Below, one piece after another: positions 49,113 to 59,671 of a stretch of DNA of 64,000 nt. The first letter of the stretch is position 1. Each line of letters starts with the position of its first letter. The stretch comes from Nitrososphaeria archaeon. Its GTDB lineage: Archaea > Thermoproteota > Nitrososphaeria > JACIWG01. A program made the position numbers and the translations under genes. The stretch covers positions 128,001 to 192,000 of the forward strand of contig JBEKIG010000004.1 in NCBI GenBank assembly GCA_050011875.1, in the 5' to 3' direction. Below the pieces are notes generated by a model, which did not search any database, was not told the origin of the DNA, and was given only the letters and a program-made list of their open reading frames with translations.

Positions 49113-51902
49113 CTAAACTTTTTGTTTTATACTTCTTCTACGGAGTATTGCCTTTCTTATTTCTTCTAAGATGAATATTACCGGCGCAAAACTATAGAGG
49201 TAGATCCAGTCGGATAAAGAAAGAGGTGTCGTTCCAAATAGGATATTGAAGAATGGCACATAAACTATAGTTATCATTATAGCTAATGATGAGACGATTC
49301 CTATTAAGATCCATTTATTTCTTAATGGGCTTAATTTGTAAGCAGGTTCCAAATTGGTCCTCGCAGCCAGAAGGGTTCCAAGTTGTCCAGCTATTATTCC
49401 TACCATGACCATGGTTGTGCCTTTAGAATATAGTAAAGGATTAGTAACTGTATTTTGACCTAAAGACCATCCTGCTTGGGACCACTTGTTAAATGCGTTT
49501 AACATAGCCCATAAGGAGATAAGTAAGCCAACATAAAACGCGTGAAATAATGTTTTAAAATCAATTAGCCTAGTTCCTAGACGCCTTGGAGGCTTAAGCA
49601 TAACATGAGGTTTGGGAGGTTCAAGGGTGATGGCAAGGGATGGAAGAAGATCCATGCCTAGATCTATCGCTAAAACTTGGGATACAAGAAGGGGTAACGG
49701 AATATTGAATAATATAAAAGCGATGAATGTGATCAGTTCAGCCATATTATGTACAAATACATAGTAAACGAATCGCTTCAGGTTATCGAATACTGATCGC
49801 CCAAGCTCTATTCCTTTAACGATAGACACGAAGTTATCATCTAAGAGAACCATATCAGCTGATTCCCTTGCGACATCTGTTCCAGTTAGGCCCATGGCGA
49901 TTCCCACATGAGCTTCTAATAGGGCTGGCGAGTCATTTACTCCGTCCCCTGTGACAGAGACTATTTCACCCTTGGATTTTAGAATGCGAACAATTCTTAG
50001 TTTCTGCTCAGGAGCCGTGCGTGCGAATACGATTTCGCGTACATCCAAGACCTTTGAAAGCTCGACATCAGATAACCTTGTAAGATCGAGACCCGAAACT
50101 ACGATATAGTTAGGCGAAGTCAAGATGCCAACCCTTTTTGCAATCGCTTCAGCTGTAAGCTCGTAATCGCCGGTGATCATGATTACTCTCATTCCAGCAC
50201 CCCTCGCTTTCTCCACTGCCTTTTCAACATCCGGCCTGGGAGGATCATGCAGGGCAACTAATCCCAAAAAGACTAGATCCTTCTCAATCGCTTCAGATTG
50301 AAAATCTTTTAAATCGTTCGGCAGAACCTTCATCGCTAGCGCAAGCACCCTAAAAGCTTCAGCAGCAAATTGATTTATCTGACGATTTATTATCTCCCCC
50401 ATACCTGCATCTAATTCAATTACATCATTGTTGAAAAATATTTTAGTACATTTCGATAAGACCTCAAACGGAGCACCTTTTGTGTAGGCTGTGATTTCAC
50501 CTTTAACATTCTTATGCACACTTGTCATCATCTTTCTTTTTGAATCAAAAGGAATCAGAAAGATTCTGGGATTTTCAGCTAGGGCGAGTCTTAGGTTAAA
50601 GTCTCCCTTTGCCGAAAGAACTAGGAGGGCAGCGTCTGTCGTGTCCCCAATCGCTGTCCACTTTGGAATTCTATCGGATGGAGGAATTAGCTGAGCGTTG
50701 TTTGCAAAAGCTGCTGCTTCAAAAATTCTTAGAATATGAGGCATCTCTAGTGAGTTTGTCTTCCTTCCATCGATCGTGACGAAACCTTCGGGTTTATAGC
50801 CGTCTCCTGTGACTTCAAAAATGTGTCCAGAAGCCCAACCTTTCTTAACGAACATTTCACCGCTTGTTATCGTCCCCGTTTTGTCAACACATATTACTGT
50901 AGTTGAGCCAAGAGTTTCGACCGCTGATAAACGCTTGACGACGACCTTTACCTTCGACATCGCGACAGCACCAAGAGCTAGTGCTAGCGAGACTGTAACC
51001 TGAAACCCTTCAGGAACAAGAGAGACCATAACACCTATCGAAAACAGCATACTCTGTATTAGTGTTAGTTTCAGAAAAGACAACGATATTACAAAGAATA
51101 ATCCAGCAACAGCTATTGCGACTAGAAAGTTGATCCTTGCCGTATAATTTATTTCCTTTTGCAATGGGCTCAAAGGATCCTTTATTTCTCGTGCAATAGA
51201 CACTATTCTGCCAAATTCAGTATTTTTCCCCGTAGAGACAACTATACCCTTTGCAAAACCCGAGGAAATAGTAGTTCCGGCAAAAACAATATTACCATAA
51301 TCTGAAATATCTCCTTCAGAAATATTTGGTAGTGCTTCAACGAATCTTCTTTGAGGCTCTGATTCGCCGGTTAGGACAGAATTGTCAACAGCGACTTCAA
51401 ACATCGTAGTCAGTCTTATATCTGCTGGAACTCTATCGCCTTCCTCAAGCATTATCAAGTCACCCGGAACCACCCCCGAAGCAGGGATTTGTATCGTAAA
51501 ATTTCGTCTTACAACTTTCGCGCGTTCAGGAACCAATTTTTTAAGCGCTTCAACAGCTTTTTCCGCTCTAAATTCTTGGAAAACACTAAAGACTGAATTA
51601 ATTATTACAACTAAGAAAATGGCGACACTTATCTGAATCGAACCTACGTTCTTATATAATAAACCGCTTAAGAATGAGAGAAGTGAAGCAAAAAGAAGAA
51701 GAACATTAAAAAGGTTCTCGAACTCTTTTAGAAACCTTATAACGATATTAACCTTTTTGGTAGAAGGAAATATGTTATGCCCATATTTATCTAATCTCTC
51801 TTCAGCTTCTTCATTAGAAAGTCCTGAAGGACTTGTACCAAATTCTTTGTAAAGTTCCTCCACACTTAAGGAGGCAGCTCGCTTGTAAGACAAAACAGGC
51901 AC
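49113..51902 (-). CDS. Type II cation-transporting P-type ATPase
   Basis: TGES, VPEG, DKTGT, KGAP, DPPR, MITGD, TGDGVND. Confidence 0.97.
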   Translation of the reverse strand: MPVLSYKRAASLSVEELYKEFGTSPSGLSNEEAEERLDKYGHNIFPSTKKVNIVIRFLKEFENLFNVLLLFASLLSFLSGLLYKNVGSIQISVAIFLVVIINSVFSVFQEFRAEKAVEALKKLVPERAKVVRRNFTIQIPASGVVPGDLIMLEEGDRVPADIRLTTMFEVAVDNSVLTGESEPQRRFVEALPNISEGDISDYGNIVFAGTTISSGFAKGIVVSTGKNTEFGRIVSIAREIKDPLSPLQKEINYTARINFLVAIAVAGLFFVISLSFLKLTLIQSMLFSIGVMVSLVPEGFQVTVSLALALGAVAMSKVKVVVKRLSAVETLGSTTVICVDKTGTITSGEMFVKKGWASGHIFEVTGDGYKPEGFVTIDGRKTNSLEMPHILRIFEAAAFANNAQLIPPSDRIPKWTAIGDTTDAALLVLSAKGDFNLRLALAENPRIFLIPFDSKRKMMTSVHKNVKGEITAYTKGAPFEVLSKCTKIFFNNDVIELDAGMGEIINRQINQFAAEAFRVLALAMKVLPNDLKDFQSEAIEKDLVFLGLVALHDPPRPDVEKAVEKARGAGMRVIMITGDYELTAEAIAKRVGILTSPNYIVVSGLDLTRLSDVELSKVLDVREIVFARTAPEQKLRIVRILKSKGEIVSVTGDGVNDSPALLEAHVGIAMGLTGTDVARESADMVLLDDNFVSIVKGIELGRSVFDNLKRFVYYVFVHNMAELITFIAFILFNIPLPLLVSQVLAIDLGMDLLPSLAITLEPPKPHVMLKPPRRLGTRLIDFKTLFHAFYVGLLISLWAMLNAFNKWSQAGWSLGQNTVTNPLLYSKGTTMVMVGIIAGQLGTLLAARTNLEPAYKLSPLRNKWILIGIVSSLAIMITIVYVPFFNILFGTTPLSLSDWIYLYSFAPVIFILEEIRKAILRRRSIKQKV

Positions 51903-52205
51903 CCAAGGTTATAAACTCCCGATGCCCAACTCCATAAAAGGCCTATTTAACTATTTAGTAGGTTAACACAATTGAAAACATGCGAAACCATTTTTGATCC
52001 ACACCGGTTACAACACTCTAATCGGCTCTTTTGAATTCTCTGAACCAAGTTAATTAGTTAAAGACAATGTTAAGTATCATATCAGAGTGTTAAAGAAAAA
52101 ATATTAGGTTAAAGCATGCTTTAATGTCAAATAGTTTGGCAAAGAAGTAAAATAATACTACGGAATAAAAATAAATTTATATAGATTCGGCGAAAATTAG
52201 GAAGC

Positions 52206-52781
52206 GTGTCCGAATTACAAGAGAGCCATATTTTGATAAAGCTCCATCACCCTGATATATATGAAAAAATCTTTTTCTTCCTTTCAGGGATAATAATAAG
52301 TGTACCTCTCACACTTTTTGTAGAGATTTTCGGAAGTCAGAATTTTTTGGAAATCCCAGGCTTCTTTTTCACCCTTTTTTCTGTAGCAATTTTACCACCC
52401 TTAATTGAAGAATTTGCAAAAGCCTACCCCATCTTCTATCGTCATGGCGAAACTGAGAGATCAATTTTTATCCTTGGTTTCCTCTCCGGATTAGGTTTCG
52501 GTGTAACGGAATTCTTTTTTTATGTCGTCAATGGGGCACCGATATACATAAGGATCTTTGGAGTTTTCTTTCACGCGGCTAATACTTCGATAATCGCATA
52601 CGGTGTAGCGAAGAAACAGGTTCTTAAATTCTATTCTTTGGCCGTTTTCCTCCACGCTTTAAACAACTTTTCAGCACTACTTGGAATTTTTTATCTTGTA
52701 GGAGGATCAGCCGCCTTGGCGACGTCATTCTCTTTTTCGTATTACTTTTATACTATAACAAAGGAAAAAATTTATGGTTAA
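52206..52781 (+). CDS. PrsW-family glutamic intramembrane protease
   Basis: EEFAK, GLGFGVTE, H, LHALNN motifs in a multi-TM protein. Confidence 0.85.
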   Translation: MSELQESHILIKLHHPDIYEKIFFFLSGIIISVPLTLFVEIFGSQNFLEIPGFFFTLFSVAILPPLIEEFAKAYPIFYRHGETERSIFILGFLSGLGFGVTEFFFYVVNGAPIYIRIFGVFFHAANTSIIAYGVAKKQVLKFYSLAVFLHALNNFSALLGIFYLVGGSAALATSFSFSYYFYTITKEKIYG

Positions 52782-52947
52782 AGTTAGATCAACGTTTTTT
52801 GTTATCCTTCTTTAATTGTAGATTTAACATATGTCCCTTTAATCATGTCACATCCTGAGCCAGACTGAGAAGTGATCTTTTAACAAGGTCTATGAATGTT
52901 ATACTTATACATAAAAAGTTGGGACTTTTAGGGAACAATATGCTATT

Positions 52948-53289
52948 CTAATTCCTGGATTTTAATTCCTCGGGCTTTTTGCTAGCCTGTCTAAATAAGA
53001 TATAACCTAAGGCCGATATCACGACACCGATAACGATTAAACTCGCCCACTCAGGTATCACAGTCGTCAAAGCTTTAACTAAGCCAAACGTCACATAAAC
53101 GAACCCTATCAAGAATATGGTGAGGGCTAAAGCAAACAAGGCCATCTTTCTAAACAAAATGCGCAGGTACACCCAAGCCATTTCTTTAACGGAATCTATT
53201 TGTTCCTTTAAAGCCGCAGCTACAAAATTCTTGATATATTTTAAGATTACATCTCTGACGTTATCAAATGCAGACTTACGCTGGCTCAT
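52948..53289 (-). CDS. Two-TM YqjE/holin-like membrane protein
   Basis: Amphipathic N-terminus, two TMs, PEWAS..I.G turn, basic tail; immediately after a DUF883-like gene. Confidence 0.6.
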   Translation of the reverse strand: MSQRKSAFDNVRDVILKYIKNFVAAALKEQIDSVKEMAWVYLRILFRKMALFALALTIFLIGFVYVTFGLVKALTTVIPEWASLIVIGVVISALGYILFRQASKKPEELKSRN

Positions 53290-53294
53290 AGAAT

Positions 53295-53540
53295 TTAATC
53301 TTCTTTCATTTTCTTAGCTGCTAGGACCAGCATTCCACCTACCGCCAGACCGGCTACAAACGCAACAGTCAATGCAGTTCCAGGATGCTCCTTCGTCATC
53401 GTCTCAGCTTTTTTAACATCCTCTTCAACATCCTCTTTAAGCATTAGAACGTTCCGGTTTATCTCATTTAGCATTTCCTGCATTTTCATGCCGACCTTAC
53501 CCGTTATTTCTTCATTTTCTTTCTTAGACTCACTTGACAT
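53295..53540 (-). CDS. ElaB/YqjD/DUF883-like tail-anchored protein
   Basis: Charged coiled coil, then KEHPGTALTVAFVAGLAVG C-terminal TM. Confidence 0.75.
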   Translation of the reverse strand: MSSESKKENEEITGKVGMKMQEMLNEINRNVLMLKEDVEEDVKKAETMTKEHPGTALTVAFVAGLAVGGMLVLAAKKMKED

Positions 53541-53938
53541 AATACATGTTTATTTTATGCTTTATATAAATGTTATAGCGCTGTGATATATACAAATTAT
53601 TGCTCAGAAAAAAAATCATAAATATTAAAAAAAATTAATCTAAAATCTAAAATTATAATACGTATACACCTAACACGAACATGGAAATTGGGTAACAAAT
53701 ACAGTTTCTTGACCTGTAAATCAAAGACAAGTTTGTTAACTCACTGCGATCTTTCAGTAGCGTAACAGTTCTCTCATACTTTTGTTATATATCGACTAAA
53801 TGACCAAATATAAAAAGGGCACTACAGACTTTAGGATACAATTATATATAGATACCATTTCATTACTGATACACAATACATATTCAAAGCATCTACACAA
53901 TAAAAATAGCTTCCTAGTTTCTAGGCTTGGAATAGGAA

Positions 53939-55378
53939 TTAACCCTTCACGACTCCAATCGGGGTGATTCTAGCGACCTTTGTTGCAATACCAACTTGAT
54001 GAGAGACTTCTACCACCATATCAACGTCCTTGTAAGCTTCAGGAGCTTCCTCACTGACTACTCTGATATCTGCGGCTTCTAGCAGTATTCCACGGTTCTC
54101 CAATTCCCTCTTGACATCAGAACCACTTTTCGATCTTAATGCACCTCCTCTACTCATCATCCGACCAGCACCGTGAGCGGTGCTACCGAAACTTTTTTTC
54201 ATGGATAGCTCGTTTCCGACTAGTACCCAGCTTGAAGTGCCCATGGAACCCGGTATAAGAACGGGTTGGCCGAGATCTCGATATCTTTGAGGAACCTCAG
54301 GTCTGCCCCTTGGGAAAGCTCTTGTCGCGCCCTTGCGATGGACCAAAACTTTCATCTTTTGACCATCTACGTCATGTTCTTCGGTCTTGGCGATGTTGTG
54401 GGCTACGTCGTAAATTAGCCTCAGTTCCCTCTCGTCTACGCCGAAGATCTTCGAAAAAGCCCTGCGAACCCAGTGCGTAATCATCTGACGATTAGCCCAG
54501 GCAAAGTTCGCCGCCGCGGCCATGGCACCAAGGTATCTTTCACCTTCAGGACTGCGGATTGGGACACTCGCGAGCTCACGATCAGGCAGCACAATGTTGT
54601 ATTGTCTACTACACTGCTCCATCAGCCTCAAATAGTCGCTGCATACCTGATGACCTAAACCTCGGCTGCCAGTGTGAACCCATAGCACGACCTGTCCTGT
54701 AGACGGTATACCAAAGACCTTTGCAACATTTTCGTCAAATATTCTGTTGACAACGCCGATCTCTAGAAAATGATTACCGCTGCCGAGGCTACCCAACTGA
54801 GGAGCACCACGCTTCTTAGCGTTTGGGCTGACCATACTCGAATCGGCGGATTTCATGCGCCCATTTTCTTCACAGAATTCCCTGTCCTCTGTAAAACCGT
54901 AGCCGTTCACAACGGCCCAGTCAACCCCTTCGTCAAGCGCAGAGTTCAAGGAACCCTGACTTAGCTTCAACTGACCCTTACTGCCTAAACCGCTGGGAAC
55001 ATCGACAAACAATTCATGAACAAGATGCCTTAGCTTAGGGCGGACATCTTTTTCAAATAAAGGAGTGGAAATTAGTCTGACGCCACAGTTGATATCGTAA
55101 CCTACTCCCCCGGGGGAAATAACCCCTTCATCGTAGCTTGTCGCTGCTACTCCTCCTATTGGAAAACCATAGCCTTCGTGACCATCCGGCAGAACTATTG
55201 AAAACTTCTGTATTCCAGGTAGATGTGCAACGTTCACCGCTTGACCTAACGTACGATCTTCTGTCATTTTACGTAAAAGTTGCGCGTTAGCGTATATTTT
55301 GACAGGTACCCTCATTCCCCCATCCTTTTGTATTTCGTATTCTACTTCTGAAACTTTATCAGGCGAATATTTTGACAT
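53939..55378 (-). CDS. rtcB: tRNA-splicing RNA ligase RtcB
   Basis: PDGHEGYGFPIG, GYDINCG, GSGNHF, HTGSRG, HRKGAT, HGAGR, EEAPEAYK. Confidence 0.98.
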   Translation of the reverse strand: MSKYSPDKVSEVEYEIQKDGGMRVPVKIYANAQLLRKMTEDRTLGQAVNVAHLPGIQKFSIVLPDGHEGYGFPIGGVAATSYDEGVISPGGVGYDINCGVRLISTPLFEKDVRPKLRHLVHELFVDVPSGLGSKGQLKLSQGSLNSALDEGVDWAVVNGYGFTEDREFCEENGRMKSADSSMVSPNAKKRGAPQLGSLGSGNHFLEIGVVNRIFDENVAKVFGIPSTGQVVLWVHTGSRGLGHQVCSDYLRLMEQCSRQYNIVLPDRELASVPIRSPEGERYLGAMAAAANFAWANRQMITHWVRRAFSKIFGVDERELRLIYDVAHNIAKTEEHDVDGQKMKVLVHRKGATRAFPRGRPEVPQRYRDLGQPVLIPGSMGTSSWVLVGNELSMKKSFGSTAHGAGRMMSRGGALRSKSGSDVKRELENRGILLEAADIRVVSEEAPEAYKDVDMVVEVSHQVGIATKVARITPIGVVKG

Positions 55379-55672
55379 TTAGGACCATCCCTTTCAGTAC
55401 ATTATTATTTTCCTGGAGATGATTCAAGGAAGAACAGAGCTGTTCATTTTCAATTTTGAATTTCATTATATAAATGTTTTTATTGTTAAAGTTCACAGTC
55501 ATCGAACTTTTTCAAGTAAAAATAAGCCTAAATCGATGGCTTTACCTTTAACCTTATATAAAAAATATGTAGACATTTTATTTCAACATGTATTTCTATT
55601 TTGATCAAGATTTATTACCGCAGCTAGCTTTAAATGAGGGTAAAAGACTTTTTTCAATTGGAGATTCACATC

Positions 55673-57364
55673 ATGGTGAAAATTATTGATGAGCCATCTT
55701 ACAGAGAAAAAAAATTTGTTTTTAAGGATAGATTCCAAGCAGGTAAAATCTTGGCTGAAAAATTAGGGGAATATAAAAGCAGATCTGATGCCATCGTTCT
55801 CGCCGTGCCTGCCGGTGGTGTACCGGTAGGATACATCGTGGCCAAAAATCTTTCCATATCTTTTGACATTATCTTAGTGAGAAAGATACAGATTCCGTGG
55901 AATACTGAAGCCGGTTTCGGCGCTTTATCTTGGGACGGAGAAATCGTCTTCAATGAACCACTAGTCAGAAGCCTTAATTTGAGGAAAGATGAGATTGAAG
56001 ACTTGGTCTCGAAGACCAAGAAAACAATTCTCGAGAGGCTTAAGAAGTTTAGGGGTGATAAACCGATGCCTGATATTGAGGGTATAGATGTGATACTCGT
56101 AGATGACGGTCTAGCTTCTGGTTTCACAATGTTGGCTGCTATAAAATCGGTTAAAAAAATGGGTGCACAAAATATAATTGTAGCTGTCCCTACATCATCT
56201 GTAAGCGCGATCAGACTTCTTAGATCAGAGGTAGATATGCTGGTTTCTCTAAATGTAAGAAGTGTTCCTTCCTTTGCCGTCGCAGATGCCTACTTAGAAT
56301 GGCATGATCTGTCGGATGATGAAGTAAAAAAGATTCTGGATGGTAAAGAAGGAACTTCTAAACGAATAAAGAATGCCATTAAGGACAGAAAAATGTGTTC
56401 ACTTTCTGCACAATTGCTCAGGATAACAAAGAATATATTTCACGACTTTACAATCAATAACATTATGCAGTCGATCAGAAATGACATGACCGGTAGAGTC
56501 TGCATTATAACAGGCGGCACTTCTGGGATAGGCAAAGCAACAGCGTTGGGATTAGCGAAGTTAAACGCAACATTGGTTATCGTCGGAAAAGACAAAAAAA
56601 GAGGGGAATCGGCATTGGAAGATATTAGGTCAAAGAGCGGCAACAAGAATGTTAATCTAATGTTAGCAGACTTTTCTTCACAGCAGTCGATTAGGCAGCT
56701 GGCACAAGATTTTAAAAGCAATTACAAGCGTTTGGACGTCCTTGTCAACAACGTAGGCGTCTTTATGCTAAGACGTTCTCTTACGGTGGACGGAATCGAG
56801 AAGACCTTCGCAGTTAATCACCTTGCTCCCTTCCTACTAACAAATCTCTTACTCGATCTGCTCAAGAGCAGTGCTCCTTCCCGTATAGTAAATGTGGCGT
56901 CAGCATCCCATTATGGAGCGAAAATACATTTCGAAGACGTACTGGGAGAAAGAAGATACATAGTAGGGTTAAGAGCATACGGTCAATCGAAACTTGCCAA
57001 TGTACTATTTACATATGAGCTTGCTAGTAGGCTTAAATCAACAGGTGTAACCGTGAATTGTCTTCATCCAGGCTTTGTAAGGACAAGCTTGGGTCGAGAC
57101 AACGGTCCTCTGTTCCCCTTCTTCAAGATTACAGGAATATTTGCTTCCAAACCTGAAAAGGGGGCGCTGACAGTGGTGTATCTGGCATCCTCTCCAGAGG
57201 TTTCAGGAGTCACTGGAAAATATTTTACTAAAAGGAAGCAGGTAAGATCCTCTGAAGAGTCTTACAACATAGAAACCGCCAAACGTCTTTGGCAATTAAG
57301 CGAGGAACTTACAGGACTCCCTAAGACAAATGAAAAATTATGGAAGACCGGAAGGATTGAGTAG
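55673..57364 (+). CDS. Type I phosphoribosyltransferase fused in-frame to an RDH12/WWOX-like SDR
   Basis: FKDRFQAG, PAGGVPV, VDDGLASG (PRPP loop); then TGGTSGIG, NNVG, NVAS, YGQSK, LHPG. Confidence 0.85.
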   Translation: MVKIIDEPSYREKKFVFKDRFQAGKILAEKLGEYKSRSDAIVLAVPAGGVPVGYIVAKNLSISFDIILVRKIQIPWNTEAGFGALSWDGEIVFNEPLVRSLNLRKDEIEDLVSKTKKTILERLKKFRGDKPMPDIEGIDVILVDDGLASGFTMLAAIKSVKKMGAQNIIVAVPTSSVSAIRLLRSEVDMLVSLNVRSVPSFAVADAYLEWHDLSDDEVKKILDGKEGTSKRIKNAIKDRKMCSLSAQLLRITKNIFHDFTINNIMQSIRNDMTGRVCIITGGTSGIGKATALGLAKLNATLVIVGKDKKRGESALEDIRSKSGNKNVNLMLADFSSQQSIRQLAQDFKSNYKRLDVLVNNVGVFMLRRSLTVDGIEKTFAVNHLAPFLLTNLLLDLLKSSAPSRIVNVASASHYGAKIHFEDVLGERRYIVGLRAYGQSKLANVLFTYELASRLKSTGVTVNCLHPGFVRTSLGRDNGPLFPFFKITGIFASKPEKGALTVVYLASSPEVSGVTGKYFTKRKQVRSSEESYNIETAKRLWQLSEELTGLPKTNEKLWKTGRIE

Positions 57365-57614
57365 CTAACGTTAGCGGGTTTAGAAGTTTTGATGAGGTTA
57401 AAAATTTTTTCTTTGGCAGTAGAAAACGACTCAAGGTTTATTGATTTTAAGAATTATGTTCACCTTCAATAGAATTGCATCATAAATCGCATTTGATCCA
57501 TAACGGCTCTTAAATCAGCCAACTTGATAACGTTGCATGGCCAAACCTGAAACTTACCTCTATTAATCTAACCAAACATTTTGGTAATTCCCTTTGGTTT
57601 TAGTTAATTTAACT

Positions 57615-57848
57615 CTATTCTTCCATAACAATCGTTGTGAGAGTTGAACGAATACTCTTTAACCCTCTGATCTTAGAACTTACGGTATCCTTTAATTTAT
57701 CCATTGTGTCTGCAGAAAGCTTGACAATTACATCATATGTGCCGTAAATAGCATAAGCTTCCTTTACCTCTTCTATCTTTTTAAGCTCTTTGACTATTTC
57801 CCTTTCAGAACCCAAATCCGCATTTATCAATACAAACGCCGTCGGCAT
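57615..57848 (-). CDS. Stand-alone Lrp/AsnC ligand-binding (RAM) domain protein
   Basis: MPTAFVLIN, YGTYDVIVK, IRSTLT; no HTH. Confidence 0.9.
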   Translation of the reverse strand: MPTAFVLINADLGSEREIVKELKKIEEVKEAYAIYGTYDVIVKLSADTMDKLKDTVSSKIRGLKSIRSTLTTIVMEE

Positions 57849-58183
57849 TCCTATCATTTTAAATATGAAATTGTTATATAAAACCTTTTCCATAAATATA
57901 TGATAATATTTTTATAATATCTAAAAAAAATCTAAATTTATACCTTAATCTGTAAAAAAAGATTATATCAATAGTTCCCCACCTTATAATCGCCGGACGC
58001 TTCGATGGAACCCTACAAATTAAGAAAGTTCAATCATTTATGTCCGATCATTTCAGATTAAACACGTGTACACTTGTAGAAAGCAAACTATTTCTGTATA
58101 ACCTGTTACCGTCGAATCTAAAAGTTTTGGCAACAATGCATAACACCTTTAATATTTATCAAAAGATAGTTAATGCGAGAGCC

Positions 58184-59275
58184 TTGAACAATCGTGAGAG
58201 AACTATGGCAGTCTTCACTCGCAGGAAAGCCGATCGTCTTATTTGGCAGCCTAGACTTCACCACTGGCATGAAGTTAACAAAGCTAGAGGCTCTCTGCCT
58301 AAGAAGTATAAGGATTGGGATATACTGCAAATTTATGACGATCTAGGCGCCTCACCGAGATCCTATCACTACTTTAATAACGTGATCAGAACGGTTGAAG
58401 GCGACGGCGTAAGGATCGAATTAAAGGAAGATATTGAATATGTTTACACTAAGTACATGACTGCAGAAGGGGATATTACTCAAATAGAAAAGAAGAACCT
58501 TTGGGGCACCAATAAGATGCGTATAAAGTATTTCTTGCAGACAACCGATGATTTTAGAATTCTCGAACATATTCTAAGAAGACAACATTTCGAATTTGAC
58601 GAAGAAGAATACGATAGAAATGATAGACTCTTAGGCGATAGATGCGAACCTATATTAAATCTGCCTCATGGATCGATACAGAGACTCTTTATCGAGTACA
58701 TGGGACTTGAGAGGGGGACAATAGCACTGTGGAAGACCCCCGAAAAAGTTGAAGAACTTCTACGTACATTCGACGAAAACGACGATAAAAGATTCGAACT
58801 GATTAAGAGAACTCCCTTTAAGATAATAAACTTTGGTGATAACATAGACGATTCACTTGTTTCTCCAACATTACTAAAGAAGTACATGTTGCCGTATTAC
58901 CAGCGTAGAACACGAGAACTTCATCAGATGGGTAAGTATTCCACTTCCCACTGGGATGGTAAGATTAAACACGTTCTACCTTTTGCCAAGGAAACCGGGC
59001 TAGACGGACTTGAATGCGTTCCACCTATTCCACAGGGTAGTGTCACCTTAGAAGAGCTTAGGGACGGCTTGGAAGGGATGATGCTGTCGGACGGAATTCC
59101 TGCCACCCATTTCATGCCCTATACGGGTGAAGAGGAACTTAAGAAGTTCATGCAAAAATTACTAGACCTTTTTGCGCCAAATATTATCGTAGGGATATCA
59201 GATATGATGCCGCCTGATGGAAGTGTAGAAAGGCTAAGAATGGTCGGAAGAATAGTTGAAGAATACAAAATCTAG
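58184..59275 (+). CDS. Uroporphyrinogen decarboxylase-like (UroD/MtaA) family protein
   Basis: MNNRER start (TTG 58184, TATA ~25 nt upstream), NFGDN, SP..KKY.LPYY, SHWDG. Confidence 0.8.
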   Translation: MNNRERTMAVFTRRKADRLIWQPRLHHWHEVNKARGSLPKKYKDWDILQIYDDLGASPRSYHYFNNVIRTVEGDGVRIELKEDIEYVYTKYMTAEGDITQIEKKNLWGTNKMRIKYFLQTTDDFRILEHILRRQHFEFDEEEYDRNDRLLGDRCEPILNLPHGSIQRLFIEYMGLERGTIALWKTPEKVEELLRTFDENDDKRFELIKRTPFKIINFGDNIDDSLVSPTLLKKYMLPYYQRRTRELHQMGKYSTSHWDGKIKHVLPFAKETGLDGLECVPPIPQGSVTLEELRDGLEGMMLSDGIPATHFMPYTGEEELKKFMQKLLDLFAPNIIVGISDMMPPDGSVERLRMVGRIVEEYKI

Positions 59276-59296
59276 GAACTAGATATCAGAAGCAAT

Positions 59297-59671
59297 CTAT
59301 TCCCTGACCTTCATAATAAGCCACTGTTCTTTCCCCTCTTTTGTCTGAAATCTGATTAAATTATAGGTTCCATTTAGGCGTCCCCCTTTTAGATTAAATT
59401 TGATGCGTTTTTCCAAATTTTCTATAAGAGTGTATGTTCCTCTGTCCCAAATCGTAACTTTACCTGCACCATACTGACCTTCAGGAATCACACCACTGAA
59501 ATTCGCGTACTCCAAAGAGTGGTCCTCCACCCTTAAAGCCAGCCTTTTTACCCCATACTCTTGTGGAACACCCTTCGGAACAGCCCACGACTTTAAGACA
59601 CCGTCCATTTCAAGCCTAAAGTCGAAATGGTGAGTGGTGGCCCAATGTTCCTGCACAACAAAAATAGGCAT
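59297..59671 (-). CDS. Stand-alone LigD-type 3'-phosphoesterase (PE) domain
   Basis: FVVQEH.A..HHFDFRLE, LKSWAVPKG, KRLA..VEDH..EY..F.G.IP.GQYGAG.V.IWD.G. Confidence 0.95.
   Translation of the reverse strand: MPIFVVQEHWATTHHFDFRLEMDGVLKSWAVPKGVPQEYGVKRLALRVEDHSLEYANFSGVIPEGQYGAGKVTIWDRGTYTLIENLEKRIKFNLKGGRLNGTYNLIRFQTKEGKEQWLIMKVRE

Noticed and set aside
52948-53289. Holin-like gene as evidence of a provirus
   Set aside because: No capsid, terminase, integrase or lysin nearby; pairing with the DUF883-like gene fits the yqjDE context better
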